Shown one piece after another: positions 1-15,039 of a stretch of 64,000 nt of DNA. Source of the stretch: Octopus vulgaris (lineage: Eukaryota); contig OX597817.1 in NCBI GenBank assembly GCA_951406725.2, positions 147,498,001 through 147,562,000 on the forward strand, read 5' to 3'. A program made the translations under genes and the position numbers. The notes beneath the pieces were generated by a model. That model was not told the DNA's origin and searched no databases. It saw only the letters and a list, made by a program, of their open reading frames with translations. Position 1 is the first letter of the stretch; each line of letters opens with the position of its first letter.

Positions 1-169
1 TGTTATTTTGTCCCATTGTATCCTTGACCTATGATCAAAATCATTCCAAGCCATAGCCTTCCAGTGTGTTTCTTTAGCAGACAGAGTGGAGTCTGGGCCA
101 AGTTATGCACTCCATCCATTTTAGATGTAGCTTGAAAGATGTCGGCTACAAGAATCATGAGTTCATCGG

Positions 170-320
170 ACTAAATGCTCTTCCGTCTCTTTACTTCATG
201 AGTTCAAATACCGCCAATGTCAACTGAGCCTTTCACTCCTTCGGGGTCGGTAAGATAGGGTATAAATAAAATATTGGGGGCGATATAATCGACTTGGCCC
301 ATCCCCTCAAGATTGCTGGA
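170..320 (+). mobile_element. Degenerate SINE family B copy
   Basis: Diverged match to the family B core (gagttcaaataccgcc...cctttc...tcggggtcg...gcgatataatcgactt) seen many times in the window. Confidence 0.55.
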
Positions 321-1044
321 CTCGAGCGCTGGCACGGAATGACGGTTCATTCAGGGTAGATGTGCTATCGATGACTAATGCACCTATAAAACCAAGTAAC
401 CGGTCTTACGCACCCTAGGGTTCAGAATAAAAAAAGGATGAAGCTTGAAGGAGATTAATTTTTATTATTTTTATTATTAGTAGGTCGAGCTATAGTGTAG
501 CGGCTCCCTCGTGATTGCTTGATCGAATTCTTTCGAACGACAATGGTTGATAAGGCGAAGGCACAGACTGTGAACGAGAGGAAAATAATAGAAATATAGA
601 TGCATAGATATAGAGACCGATAGGGAAGGAGATAAAGAGTGAATGAGAAAAGGAAAATGAAACGTGGCACAGGAAAAAAAGAGCTCAAGAGGGAAAGAGA
701 GAAATGGTTTAAAGACTTCGAAGCTGTAATATATTTCAGAAATGCATGAAGAATTTCGTAATTCGTCTTACGTATATAAAAGTAAGTCTTAATGTCTATA
801 TTGCTCTACATAAAATTTATGAACCAACGAGGAAGCCCTTAAATTATCGCCCGACCAGATAGACTTAACTACGAAATCCTGCTTAAATTACTCACCACTA
901 TCACGAAAGCGGAAGGACATCGTTGAACAATGGAGTCTTAGATGTCTGTGAAAGCAAATGGGAAGGTCACGGCAAGAACGTCTGAGATTATATAGATAGG
1001 CATGATTGCTCAAAACTGACCTCGAGCGGATGACCACCATTATC

Positions 1045-1255
1045 AGCAAACCACCACCACCACCTTCCCATCACACCACCGCCCCATCACGACCTCAACT
1101 GAAATCATCATCAACATTATCACCAGAGCTACCCCGACCACCACGCCGACAACGAAAATGAGCACCACCAACACGACCGCCACCACCACCACCATCACCA
1201 ACATTGCCGCCACCACCACCTTCTCCACAACGAAAACTACCACCCCAAAACACAT
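1045..1255. repeat. Degenerate (CAC)n low-complexity tract
   Basis: Imperfect accaccacc runs. Confidence 0.75.
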
Positions 1256-1592
1256 CTTTAAGATATCAGCTATTTCTAGCAATGGCAATTAGATGTGAGT
1301 TCTTATTATCTGGAGTAATTGCAAAGGAAAACATAAATATTTGGTTGACTGATTTTATTTCCATTCCCTGTTAGATTGAATGCGATTACTCAACATCAAT
1401 CTTTGAAATGATGTTAAATGTGTACTGAGACTCGTGGAATGTAGGAGTAGAGCCTTTCGTAAATTTCATGTGTTTTCTGTTATTTTTTTATATGTATGTA
1501 CATATACAACGATACACAGAAAATAGGCTTAATGATAGAAGTGCTGGGCGTAAGTGCGCTTGAGTGCATGTATGGCGGCGTGCATATGCGAG

Positions 1593-1641
<49 letters not shown>

Positions 1642-1696
1642 ATGTGTGATTGTGTGTGACTGTGTGTGAATATATGTATGTATGATTGTGTGTGAC

Positions 1697-1744
<48 letters not shown>

Positions 1745-2079
1745 ATAGATGTTTTGATATGCGCACTCACTCATATATAAAGATAAATATACAAAAAGAC
1801 ATGCTCGAAATTTTATATATAGATGTGTGCGTGTGTGTTCGTGTGTGTGTGTGTGTGTTCTTGTGTGTTTGTGTTCTTGTGTGCGTGTGTGTGTGTGTTC
1901 TTGTGTGTGTGTGTGTGTGTGTGTATGTGTGTATATGTACATGTACATGTGAATGTTGATAATAGAATACTATGTTAAACTCTACTGAATCAGAGACAGT
2001 TTGACCGAGACAGCGACCTGTAACGTACTCTGAAAATAACATGAATAACTGCACGCAATGTCAATCTATCCATCCATCC

Positions 2080-2196
<117 letters not shown>

Positions 2197-2411
2197 GCAA
2201 TAATAATTCTCTAAACGAGATATAGACAGTAACTGCTCCATAACAAAAGGGACATTAGCCATTTGAATGTGGCTAGGGACAGGGCAGGGCGGTGGGGGTG
2301 TTACTGATGCATTTAGCCCCAGGCGATCATCAACGTCACCAGATAGGCTGACACCATCACGGTGTCCTCTATCCTGCAAAGGGAGATCATTCCCCGAAGA
2401 AGCAGATGCCA

Positions 2412-2456
2412 CATACGGACCCGGGTTTCAAGGTGTTTGCCTCTCGTCAACTTATG
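2412..2456 (-). ncRNA. Type I hammerhead ribozyme motif (U3 variant)
   Basis: Minus strand: CAUAAG-UUGACGA-GAGG caaaca CCUU-GAAA-CCCGGG-UC-CGUAUG; palindromic stem III ACCCGGGU, GUC triplet. Confidence 0.6.
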
Positions 2457-2654
2457 GTAGGCACCGCCCCTCGACGAACGACTCTGAGTGCAGGATATTT
2501 ATATATAGCTTTTCACGTAAATACATTTACTGATTTCGAAAATCTGTTCGACAGCAATAATAATTCTCTAAACGAGATATAGACAGTAACTGCTCCATAA
2601 CAAAAGGGACATTACCCATTTGAATGTGGCTGTTCGTCGAGGGGAGGTGCCTAC

Positions 2655-2699
2655 CATACTTTGACGAGAGGCAAACACCTTGAAACCTGGGTCCGTATG
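2655..2699 (+). ncRNA. Type I hammerhead ribozyme motif (U3 variant), inverted copy
   Basis: CAUACU-UUGACGA-GAGG caaaca CCUU-GAAA-CCUGGG-UC-CGUAUG. Confidence 0.55.
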
Positions 2700-3169
2700 T
2701 GGCATCCGCTTCTTCGGGGAATGATCTCCCTTTGCAGGATAGAGGACACCGTGATGGTGTCAGCCTATCTGGTGACGTTGATGATCGCCTGGGGCTAAAT
2801 GCATCAGTAACACCCCCACCGCCCTGCCCTATCCCTAGCCACATTCAAATGGCTAATGTCCATATGTATATATAGTACGAACTAACTGAAAAAAAACACG
2901 GAGACGATATGGTAACAAACAAACGGGTTGTATCAGGTTTACGTTCAGGAAAATTAGAAGTATTTTAGTTTCGCGCATGTGCTATTCTATGGAAAGAAAA
3001 AGGATGAGACAAAAAGAAGAAACGAAAAAATGAACAACGACACATGCTGAAAAGAGTGCATTTGTGTGTGCGTGTGTGTGTGTGTGTGTGCGTGCTTACA
3101 TATATATATATTTATATATATATGTGTGTGTATGTGTGTGTAAGTGTGTATCCATCTATCTAACTATAT

Positions 3170-3412
<243 letters not shown>

Positions 3413-3829
3413 AGGCAAATTTTGTCTAGCGAATGTTTAAAAAAGATGGGTGAATGTAGCAAGGATGGCGCGTATGAATAACGAAGCCACCTTGAGCATA
3501 ATCCTATGAATCCGGAAAATTTAAACCAGAGGGTTACCTACTTGCAAACAAATGTGGTAACATGTAACATTATTGACCGAGGTTACCGTGGTCTTTTCCG
3601 TAGGCTATTCTTTCCACGGACAAACCTTATCTGCTTCCCCCTTTACACTTTACATCATGACATTTCTGTGATACACGATTCCTATTGATCGTTTTTTTTT
3701 CTTTTTCGATCCCTTTTGATCGAAGACCTACTCCACTTTTTTTCTCTCCCCCAAAAGAAAAGGTATACTATGTAATTTGTCTTGTCTGTGTGCAGCCCTG
3801 TGTGGCTAATAAAGATACATATCTCTCTC

Positions 3830-3932
<103 letters not shown>

Positions 3933-4549
3933 GTATGTGTGTATATTTGTGTATGCATATGTGGCTGGCTGTATATTTGAGCGCCCGCGCGTGTCAAGTA
4001 ACGACTATCACCGTGAGTGCTTAAGTCTAGATATTCGTTGATGCTTGCTCAGTTCAATGTTAATTTTCTGCATACCTTTATATGCAACTATTCTTGTATA
4101 CTAATGTAGCTACGGTTTCTACTAAAGTATACAAACATGAGAACTTCAGAGAAAGTTAAAAAAACAATAATAACACTTGCTTATCAGTGATACTATGTTT
4201 GCCGGGCGGCTCGTTCATCCGTTACTTCAGAAGTGCAGCAGACCCCGGACTCCGGTTACATACAACGAGTGTCATTGAGAAGGCGTATCGTTTATCAAGT
4301 CGACATGGCATGAAACCATATGAACCGTTTTACACTTCGTCCCCAAAAGGAAACCTTGTATGTGTGTGTGTGAGTGTGAGTCTTGGTGTGTGTATGTGTG
4401 TGTGTGTGTGTATGACACAAAAAACTGAAACTAGTGACAATTGGTGTTCACACACTTCAATCGATCTGATAATTTCAGTGACATTTTTCACGCTGTTAAC
4501 CATAAATGTAAAGCATGATCGTTATTATCATTTCTATTGTAAGTAGTTA

Positions 4550-4985
4550 CTGTTGTTGTTCATCATCACCACCACCACCACCACCACTACCACCACCACC
4601 ACTACCACCGCCGGAACCGCCAACACAAACACAACCACCACCACCACCACCACCACCACCACCATCACAACCACCACCACCACCACCACCACCACCACCA
4701 CCACCACCACCACCACCACCACCACCACCACCACCACCATCATCATCACCCCCACCACCACTACCACCACCGCAACCGCCAACACAAACACCACCACCAC
4801 CACCACAAGCACCACAAGCACCACCACCGCCACCACTACCACCACCGCAACCGCCAACACAAACACCACCACCACCACCACCACCTACACCACCACAACC
4901 ACCACCACAACCACCATCACCACCACCACCACTACTGCCCCTCACCATTATCATCTTCATAATCATCTTCATCATCACCCCCGCC
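4550..4985. repeat. (CAC)n/(CAT)n trinucleotide array with higher-order units
   Basis: accacc runs interrupted three times by aaccgccaacacaaacac. Confidence 0.9.
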
Positions 4986-5289
4986 ACAATAATTTTCTTG
5001 ATGTTTTCTTATTTCCAGCCTGGCAAGCTGGTAGAGTAGTTAAAGCCTTTTAAAACTTTCTGAGCTCAACTTTTCTGCTCTTCATACAAAGTATCAGTCA
5101 TATTAAAGTATCAGTCATAACCTAGCGTGATCCTTTCGACCAAGATTTCCACTCGAAATTCCTGGTCGTTCGCTTAAAGAAGAAACAATTATATTGTACA
5201 TTATTTACATTATTTACATAATTCCTCATCTCTTAGAACTACAATTATATTATTATTACAAACTATTATATGTTACATTAGTTAGCAAG

Positions 5290-5800
5290 GATTTTATCTC
5301 GAGGCTTCCGCTACATTTTTCTTGAAATCTTCAGACTCTTTCTTAGACTGACCTGTTACTGCAGGTCGACATTTCCAATATTTTTCAGTAATTAGGGTGT
5401 TGTGCCAAGTGCACCAATTATTACAGAAACAATATGTTAACTCCAGATATTTTACTATTTCCTCATTTTTACTTTATTTATTGAACTTACTCTCTTGTCT
5501 TTTGTCTTTAGCAATAACTAGTTTTCGTGCTTCAGTAGTACGATCTATCTTTATAAAGAACTACCATAAAATCCTGTAATCATAATTTACCGTTTACAGC
5601 CTCTCGTCTGAGTGAAAAAAATATATTTTCTACCACTTTCAATCTTACACTCAGTTAACACTGTAATGCAGTCTTTTTTACTGAAACAGCCATACCTGCT
5701 CTCATACTCTTTTATGCTACCTTACTGTATTAATTAAAAGCTGGTTAATACTTTCGTCTATTTTACCACAGATTCTGCGTTTCCTCTGTGATCGAAGTTT
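5290..5800 (-). pseudogene. Duplicated 3' end (zinc knuckle plus REL endonuclease) of an R4/Dong-type non-LTR retrotransposon
   Basis: Minus-strand remnants ICGKIDESINQL, RILW*FFIKIDRTTEARK and VSVIIGALGTTP resemble the R4/Dong motifs CGxxxETIxHI, ILWDFxIQTDxxIEARRPD and VPVVIGALG. Confidence 0.7.
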
Positions 5801-6049
5801 TACCGTTAGAACTGATCAGCTGTAGATGGATGAATATGCATTCTTATCTTCAACTCATTCGTCTGAACTTATCGTACAGGAATCAACGTAAAAGTAATTA
5901 TTCTGTAGAAACCATTTGTCTTTGCTTATATGTGTAGTGTTTATTTTCGTTTGTATGTGAAATTATTATTTCCTTTTTTATCAAGCCTTTTGCTTATAAT
6001 AGAAAGGATTATTATTTCCTTTTATGCAACTGATATTTTTTTGCGGGTC

Positions 6050-8335
6050 GCCATTTCCAATATCTTTCAGTAATTAGGGCGTTGTGCCAAGTGCACAGAA
6101 ACAACTGGTTAACTCCTGAAACTAATGACAATTATGCTTGCCGGGCGGCTCATTCATGCATTACTTCAGAAGTGTAGCAGACCCCGGACTCCAGTTACAT
6201 ACAACGAGTGTCATTGAGAAGGTGTTACAATTTTAGAATTTCCTCATTTTCACTTTATTAATTGAACTTACTCTCTTGTCCTTTGTCTTCAGTAATAACT
6301 CGTTTTCGTGCTTCGGTAGTACGATCAGTTTTTTTTTTTTTTATAAATAACTACTAAAACATCCTGTAATCATAATTTACCGTTATATCCTCTCGTCTGA
6401 ATGAAAAAAGATCTTTTCTATCACTTTCAATCTCACACTCAGCTAAGATTGTAATGCACTCTTTTACTGAAACAGTCATACCTGCTTTCATACACTTTTT
6501 ATGCTACCTTACAGTGTTCACTGAAGAGCTGGTTAATACTTTCGTCTATTTTACCACAGATTCTGCGTTTTTTTTGTGGTCGAGGTTTTTCAATCTTTGT
6601 TTTTATCAATTTCGTTCTGATGTCTTGTTCCTAAATGGCTTGAAATGGTAATTCAGTTTCTAGTTTTGGTTTCCATCTGTCACGCACAGCCAGCGTTCAC
6701 CACTCCCAGAATAGGTTTATTGCATAAATTACCTATACAATTTCATTTTTTTCTAAGCTGCGTGTCTTTTCTTCTTGGATTCTCTCAGTTTCAATGATTT
6801 ATTAGATATTTCTGGCCGTATATAAATTTCTTCCTTTACTATACTCAACAGAATTATTCAAACACAATTTCTCAAGACTGATGTGATTCTGCATTGAACA
6901 AATTCCTGCTTCCTTGTCTTCGTGGTAAACAGACCTTTTCGATATTACGTTTAGTATAGTAAGCGTTGTGGTGAGTAGATTCTCAGTTCATGTGGATCTG
7001 TTAAAAGATGTTTTGTTCACTTTGAAAAAGAGGCAGAGTACCCCAGAACGGGTATTGCCCACGTATTAATTGCTTTGATAGCATACCTTCTTTTTAGTTT
7101 CGTTTCGGGCATCTTCGGAATCATTCTTTTGTACTCTTCGCAGACATTTTCTCTTATTTCTCTTTCCATTACTTTATCATCTTGCAACGCTTCTTGGTAC
7201 TCGTTCCCTTCATTCTCTCACAGCAAGCAAAACATATCCTCGTCTGCTCTCTTTATACCATTGCATTCAATCTTTCGATTTCTTTTCATTATTAAAGCTG
7301 CACGTTTAATATCCTTAATATCCTTGCTAATTATTCCTACTGTTCGGACAAGGGGATTAAGGTCTTTATCATTTTTGATGCATAGTTTGAGCCCCCGTCC
7401 CATATATAGCATATGATTTATTTTCAACCTGGTCTTAGCAAGCTCGTTAGCAGGTCTGCATTTATTCAGTATGAAACACATTACAATGAAGTCAGCCACC
7501 AAAAGTAGTGGAGAATGTGTCTCCCTGTAACAGACTACCATCCTTCGTATTTTCACATTTCCCAATGACTTTCTTCGACGTTTTAGTTTTACTTCCTTTT
7601 TATAAAAACAAAACTCTTAATCTTTTTATTGATAATCAGTGTCCTCAAGCACTCCAAAAACCGAAATTTTGAAACTTCATCGGAGGATTTCTCCAAGTCC
7701 ATCCAACTAAAGTTTAGGCCTTTCTTTCTTGCCCGTACCTCGCTTAATATCTTGCTACTGATATTTAACAGATCAGGAGTCCCATTGTAAACATTTGCAC
7801 CCCTTTTATTCTCCTAATAATAGATTCTTCTTCTGGAGAAAGCTACAAAATTCCTCTACTAAGAGGTTAGAGGTTAGTATGAGGTAAGCATGCAATAAGC
7901 CTGACTTCACTCCTTTATTTCGCCCTTATGTATCGACATTCCCTTTCATTTTTGTCATCCTTGTTGGTGCTCCATTTTGTATAAGACCAGAGAGTTACAA
8001 TTCTATACAGTATACTTGTAAGAATTTTAACGAAGAAACCCTTTTACCACATTTTCAGCACCTATTTTCACTATCTCATCTCTCATCTGTAATATTTATA
8101 TTCTCTTGCCTTCCCCTGGTTTCCATTTCGCTTTTAAACACCAGAAACCACTTTTCTTCTCTGTTACGTTCATACTCTTTCCTCCAGAAATGTGACCAAA
8201 AGTATTTAGTCGCTTCAGTATTTATCTTATGCTGTTGTTGGTCAGCATTCTCATTGTCCAGCTAGTGATGCAAATTTCCTATCTTCGTCACTGAAAAGCC
8301 TTTCTTGCAAATACTGATCTATTTTCTGCTGGTGT
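6050..8335 (-). pseudogene. Decayed R4/Dong-type non-LTR retrotransposon (RT, zinc knuckle, REL)
   Basis: Remnants in the expected order: GLNFSWMDLEK, GNVKIRR...HSPLLL, KINHMLYM..LKL, EEYKRM..AIKAINTWAIPVLGYSA (compare INHLLYMDDLKL, IKAINTWAVxVLRYS); many stops and frameshifts; 5' end abuts (TATC)n. Confidence 0.75.
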
Positions 8336-8344
8336 CGCTAACTA

Positions 8345-8652
<308 letters not shown>

Positions 8653-8729
8653 TGTAAGTCTGTCAGTGTGCATGTATGTCTAGCTAGCTAGTTAGCTTGC
8701 AGTTTATCACTCTCTCTCTTTCCCACCTC

Positions 8730-8795
<66 letters not shown>

Positions 8796-10123
8796 TTATA
8801 TATATGCATACAACCATAAATATATATATATATATATATTATATATTATTCACGTATAATGTATATAAATACTTGTACATACATATATATGTGTATGTAT
8901 GCACAAGACATCAAGTCATAGGGTTTATTGTTATATAGCATTTGTGTCTCTCAAGTTATATGAATTAGCATATGTCGTTGTCTTTTAGCCATGTATCAAC
9001 ATAGATTGATTAAATCTGAAGCAAAGTTTGCATTTGTGACCACCAGTTTTTTTATATAGATCATGGACTATCGTGCCCCAATTTATCAGTCACTTTCGTT
9101 AAAATTGTGGAGCGTGATATGAGGGAAATTTGCCTGCCCTTTCTGGTAGGTCGTGCGATCGCGTTGATATTTGCTTGTTGTCTGGAGCCATTCAAGACTT
9201 AACATATATTTGCAATTGTTTGAACTATATATTAGCAGTTGTTGAGAGCCATGATATAGGAACTCTAACCAAGAATACAACACGATTTAATTTATGTGGC
9301 ACATTTATTTAATTCACCTCACTAATATTTATGAACTTGGCATGAATGTCATGGTTTTTTTCTTTTAAGAAATGATTAGAACTGATCAGCTGTAGATGGA
9401 TGAATATACATTCTTATGCTCAACTCATTCGTTTGCATTTATCGTACAGGAATCAATGTAAAAGTAATTATTCTGTAAAAACCATTTGTCTTTGCTGATA
9501 TGCGTAGTGTTTATTTTCGTTTGTATGTGAAATTATCATTTCTCTGGGTTTTTTTTTATATCAGGCCTTGTGCCTATAATAGAAACGATTATTATTCCTT
9601 TTTATGTAACATTATTTATTTTCGATTACATACGTATTAAATATATAACTTTGTTTTATGCACAGATATCTCAAAAGTAAATAGACAGGATAATTTTTTG
9701 AAAGGTTTATTTCTAGCAATCTAATAATGTCATTTGATGCATTTAAATAAAACTTAATCCAGTATTTAGTACACATGCCTTGTGCAGTTTTAAATAATTT
9801 AACCTAGTTTTGGTGTTCGAAAAAATAAAGCTGTACAATAATGGACGTCTATTCAGTTTTGATATGTCTATGTAAGTGTAATGAAAAATTTCGCTTTTAT
9901 GTATAATAAATATTATTTATAAATTTCTGTAATAAAATTCTACATTTGTTTACATGTTTTATAAACAGTTATATCGGTTATGTATTTAATAAATATTTAT
10001 TTTTGCAGATATTTTTAATATCTGTTTTGCTTATATGTATAATGTTTATCTTCGCCTATGTATGTAATATATACCTTTTTCGATTATATTTGTTATTTGT
10101 TTTTCGATTATTTGTGTAATAAA

Positions 10124-10340
10124 TACTCATTTTACTTACTTGTTTCAGAAATTTGACTGTGACCATGCTGGAGCACAGCCTTTCCTCGAGCAAATCGACC
10201 ACAGGATTTATTCTTTGTAAGCTTAGTACTTATTCTATCGTTCTCTTTTGCCGAACCGCTAAGTTACGGGGAAGTAAACACACCAGCATAGGTTGACAAG
10301 CGTTGTTGCGGGGACAAACACAGACACCCAAACGTATACA

Positions 10341-10394
<54 letters not shown>

Positions 10395-10563
10395 TATATG
10401 ATGGGCTTCTTTCAGTTTCCGACTACCAAATCCACTCACAATACTTTGGTCGGCCCGAGGCTATAGCAGAAAACACTTGCCCAATGTGCCACGCAGTGGG
10501 ACTGAATCCAGAACCATGAGATTGGTAAGCAAGCTACTTACCATACAGCCACTCCTACGCCTA
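10124..10563 (-). mobile_element. SINE family A (tRNA-derived head, CORE-like centre, internal microsatellite), full length
   Basis: Head ggagtggctgtatggtaag, ttgggcaagtgt core, internal (TA)n, tail gtgctccagcatggtcacagtcaaat..tgaaacaagta. Confidence 0.9.
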
Positions 10564-10589
10564 TTTTCACTTCTACACTTTTCCTTTTT

Positions 10590-10911
10590 TGCTCGCTTCA
10601 TTCATTTGACTGCATCTACGTTTGAGCAGTCTTGGAGGGTTTTCGTCGAACAGTTCGACCTCAAGACTTATATTTGAAGCCTAATACTTATTCCATCTTT
10701 TGCTAAACTGCTAAGTTATGGGGACGTAAACACACTAACACCGATTGTCACGATGTGATGGAGGACAAACACAGACACAAAGACCACACACACTATAAAT
10801 ATACATATTCATATACCATGCGCTTCTTTCAGTTTCCGTCTACCAAATCCATTCAAGAATTTGCTCCCCCCTAGGCTATAGTAAGAGACATTTGTCAAAG
10901 GCATCACGCAG
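10590..10911 (-). mobile_element. SINE family A, diverged partial copy
   Basis: ttctttcagtttccgtctaccaaatcc and ggggacgtaaacac blocks. Confidence 0.75.
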
Positions 10912-11364
10912 TACGGGTGAAGTAAATCTCGTGGTGTGAAGAATCAACACAACATGCGGGTGAAGTGAAACACAAAACAATGTGCGTTTGTCATAGTAAC
11001 AAGCTGTTAATGCCTCGCTGTCTGTTGATTGGCTAAAATTACTCAAATTTTCCTAACTTTACTTCCATATAATATGAGATTCTTTAATTTACGAGATAAA
11101 GTAATTGGTTGATCATAATCATTATCCAGAGTTGCATCGATACACCAAAATTGAAATCAATCTGAGCAAAATTGAAAGGGGCTATTTTCCGAATCAATAT
11201 AATTAGATCCGAAATTACAACATGGCATCTATAACATGAAACACCTGTGAGATATTAACACATTTCTCATTGTCTTGTATGAAGAATAACAAGGGAATTC
11301 TTAATTAACCAAATGAATAATAGAATAAATAGAGCTGGATGGGTCTTCGATGAATCCTCTATAT

Positions 11365-11640
11365 CAGTGCTTCCCAAAGTGGGTGGTATTGCACTCCCCG
11401 GGGGCGTTGAGAAGTTCCAATGCGGCGTTGAAGGAAAACGGAGCCATAATAGGGTGGCAATTTATGTAAAAACAACAAAATAATGGTTTCATTGGTTTAA
11501 ATTTTATTTGTGAAATACTGCTGTTTTGAATCTGCTTCAGAAAGAGGTCTATGTTTGTGATGGTTAGTTGGGGCGGGGGCACTAGGAATGTGGTCTGGGT
11601 GTCAACGGGGTGGCAGCCTGAAAAAAATTGGTAACCACTG
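11365..11640. mobile_element. hAT-type MITE
   Basis: TIRs cagtgcttcccaaa / attggtaaccactg; 8-bp TSD ctctatat / atctatat (7 of 8). Confidence 0.8.
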
Positions 11641-13126
11641 ATCTATATGGTTACGTCTACTAGAAACAGTAGACGGATTCTTTCGCCTTACACTTAAATG
11701 TCTGTAAGCATAGAAGGAGATCTTGGTTAATGTGATTCGACATACACTTTATCTCAAAAATAAAATAAAATAAAACAAAGCAAAATCTAAATAAAAACCA
11801 GAATGGTCACGGATGAGTCCCCTCTCCGCATAGGTACACTCTATCATCACCGACCTGTGTTGTAAACAACTATAACATATGACATTTGTCAACTCGATAA
11901 TCTTATTCAATGCATCAAATTCATTTCTAACTTGTCAGATGCCCTGAACAATCTTTGTGTTACTAAAAGTATTCATCCAAACTTTATAAGCTAATGCATA
12001 ACGAATTTGCAAGATATGAAATATAACATTTTCATAGTTGAAAAATATGTCATACGTTAGATTATAACAGGATGTGTTTGTATTCATTTCGAAAAATCTC
12101 ATGAAATATTGACACCATTTTTAGATTAGGTGGGCAGTTACATCTAAAACCTACTGAATTTCTACAGGTGACATAATCAAATAACCGTTTTAATTAGCAA
12201 GAAAACCAACGGTATTTTCATATATGTATTTATGTGCAGTGCAAAATACTTAATTTTATTAAATATTATGAATTTAATTTATCACCGTACATTTATTGGG
12301 AAAAGAAATTGAACAAATTCAAACTCTCTCTCTCTCTCTCCTACACACAAGCACATACATGCATATATGTATATGGCTTTGTCACAATAAGAAAGAGATT
12401 ACCTATTACAAATTTAGGATCTCCGAGCCGAACGGAACTCAAGAAATTGCACTTAGTCCGATAATTAAAACAAATGCTTCAGACAGAGACAAGTATTGTA
12501 CAAATTGATCCACGAATCAGGGATGGATTTAAAATTGATGACGTATTAAATATAGCAGTCAAAATGAAGAATCGGTTGTCCAATGTGCTCCCTAACAGTT
12601 TGTATCTTTCCAATTGTCTCTCTAAACCTTGGCAGCTATAATTATATGTTAAAAGAAATAAATTTGGCCAATGTTTGATTAAGTTCTTAACTCCAAAGCC
12701 ATAGATTCTTCCATGATTTATTTACGCTTCACTGGAATATAATTCAATCAATTCACGTGCAACCTACATTCCAAGATGCAATACCTGGATATATCAACAG
12801 TGTTCCATTCTTGAGTCGCCGGCTGTTTCGGGTGTTAAAACGTACACCTTCATTCATGCAAACAAGTTGATTTTGATCGAGGCGGTATTTTACTGACCTC
12901 CACCGATCTTGTCTTTTCAAAGAGTAACATTTTGAGTTGTGGTTCTCAACCACTATTTGCTTATGGGCCCCTAGGACACCAATTTTGCTTAGATGGATCC
13001 CCACAGCCATTTGAGGTTTAAAAAATACTATTTTCATAACTTTAACATTAGGTGTAAGAGTGGCTGTGTGGTAAGTAGCTTGCTAACGAACCACAAGGTT
13101 CCGGGTTCCGTCCCAATAAGTAAATT

Positions 13127-13538
13127 ATTCTTTTATTTGTTTCAGTCATTTGACTGCAGACATGCTAGAGCAACGCCTTTTAGTCGAGCAAATCGACTCC
13201 AGAACTTATTTTTTGTAAGCCTAGTACTTATTCTGTCAGGCCCTTTTTGTCAAACCGCTTAGTTACGGGGACGTAAACACACTGGCATCGATCGTCAGGT
13301 GATGATGGGGACACACACAGACACTCGAACATCCACACATACACACACATATACATGCACATACAGACACACATATACGACGGGCTTCTTTCAGTTTCCC
13401 TCTACCAAATTCACTCGCAAGGTTTTGTCGGTACGAGTCTATAGTAGAAGACACTTGCCTAAGATGCCACGCAGTGGAACTGAACCCGGAACTATGTTGT
13501 TGGTAAGCAAGCTACTTACCACACAGCCACTCCTGCGC
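13127..13538 (-). mobile_element. SINE family A, full length (head fragment on + strand at 13050-13115)
   Basis: All family A blocks, internal (CA)n. Confidence 0.9.
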
Positions 13539-13597
13539 TTACAAATTATTGAAGCAAATAATCCTGAGCACGCAAAGGGTTAAAACACCAAACACAA

Positions 13598-14000
13598 TAA
13601 TCTTTTCTACTATAGGCACAAGGCCTGAAAAGTGTTGAGGGAGGGGGTCTGGTGGATTAGATCGACCCTAACATTTCACTGGCACTTAATTTATCGACCC
13701 CAAAAGGATGAAAAGCAAAGTCGACCTCGGCGGAATTTGAACTCAGAACGTAGCGCAGACGCAATACCTACTTCTTTACTACCCACAAGGGGCTAAACAC
13801 AGAGAGGACAAACAAGGACAGACAAACGGATTAAGTCGATTATATCGACTTCCGTGCGTAACTGGTACTTATTTAATCGACCCCGAAAGGATGAAAGGCA
13901 AAGTCGACCTGGGCGGAATTTGAACTCAGAACGTAGCCGCAGACGCAATACCGATAAGCATTTTGCTCGGTTTGCTAACGATTCTGCCAGCTCGCCGCCT
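13598..14000 (-). mobile_element. SINE family B dimer
   Basis: Two gtcgacct.ggcggaatttgaactcagaacgta units and one head (ctgccagctcgccgcct). Confidence 0.9.
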
Positions 14001-14016
14001 TACGAGCAAGTAAATA

Positions 14017-14232
14017 TTATTTTCTACTCTAGGCACAAGACCGGATATTTTGCGGGAGGCACCCAGTCTATTAAATTGAACCCAGTACACAACTGGTGCT
14101 TAATTTTTCGATCCCGAAAGTATGAAAGACAAAGTCGACGACGGCGGAATTTGAACTCATAACGTAGCGGCAGAAGAAATACCGATAAGCGTTTCGCCCG
14201 GTGTGCTAACGTTTCTGCCAGCTCGCCACCTT
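14017..14232 (-). mobile_element. SINE family B monomer
   Basis: Head, core and alternative tail. Confidence 0.85.
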
Positions 14233-14795
14233 CGACAAGACACAATAATTATTAATAAATTGACGGGATATTGTAAGGGACTTATAATAATTAGTTCATT
14301 TTACCTAACACAATGTAATTATTTGGAGGCTGTACAAATTATTTTCCGTTCACTATCCACCCAGATATCCTTTTCTATTATCTTTGCCAAAGCCATTCTA
14401 TGCATTCGAAGTAACAGAAGAAAAGAATTTGGAGAGAGACCAAAAGAACTGAGAGTCGTGTCGAATGCAAGATTCGATAACAAATAAGTCTTCAGAAACC
14501 ACGATTTGTTTTTCTGAAAAGAAAGAAAAAAAACCGACTTACTGTTAAAAGAAATGCATCAGGGTTGTAAGGTCGAATTAAATTTCAATTAATTTTGTTC
14601 TGTGGCATTTCTACACGGGACTTACATTCTGCAAGTATAATACATTAGACACCCAAACAGACATGCTCACACACACACACATACACACACACATTTGCAC
14701 GCACGCACACCCACGCAAACACACATACACACACACAAACACGTACACAGACACAGATTTCTACATGCATCTAATTATGCATAGGTATATGTAAT

Positions 14796-15032
<237 letters not shown>

Positions 15033-15039
15033 ATCGTTG

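Noticed and set aside
4515-5053. Pro-rich/Thr-rich ORFs resembling extensin, formin or mucin
   Set aside because: Open in several frames on both strands because of (CAC)n; no domain or splice evidence
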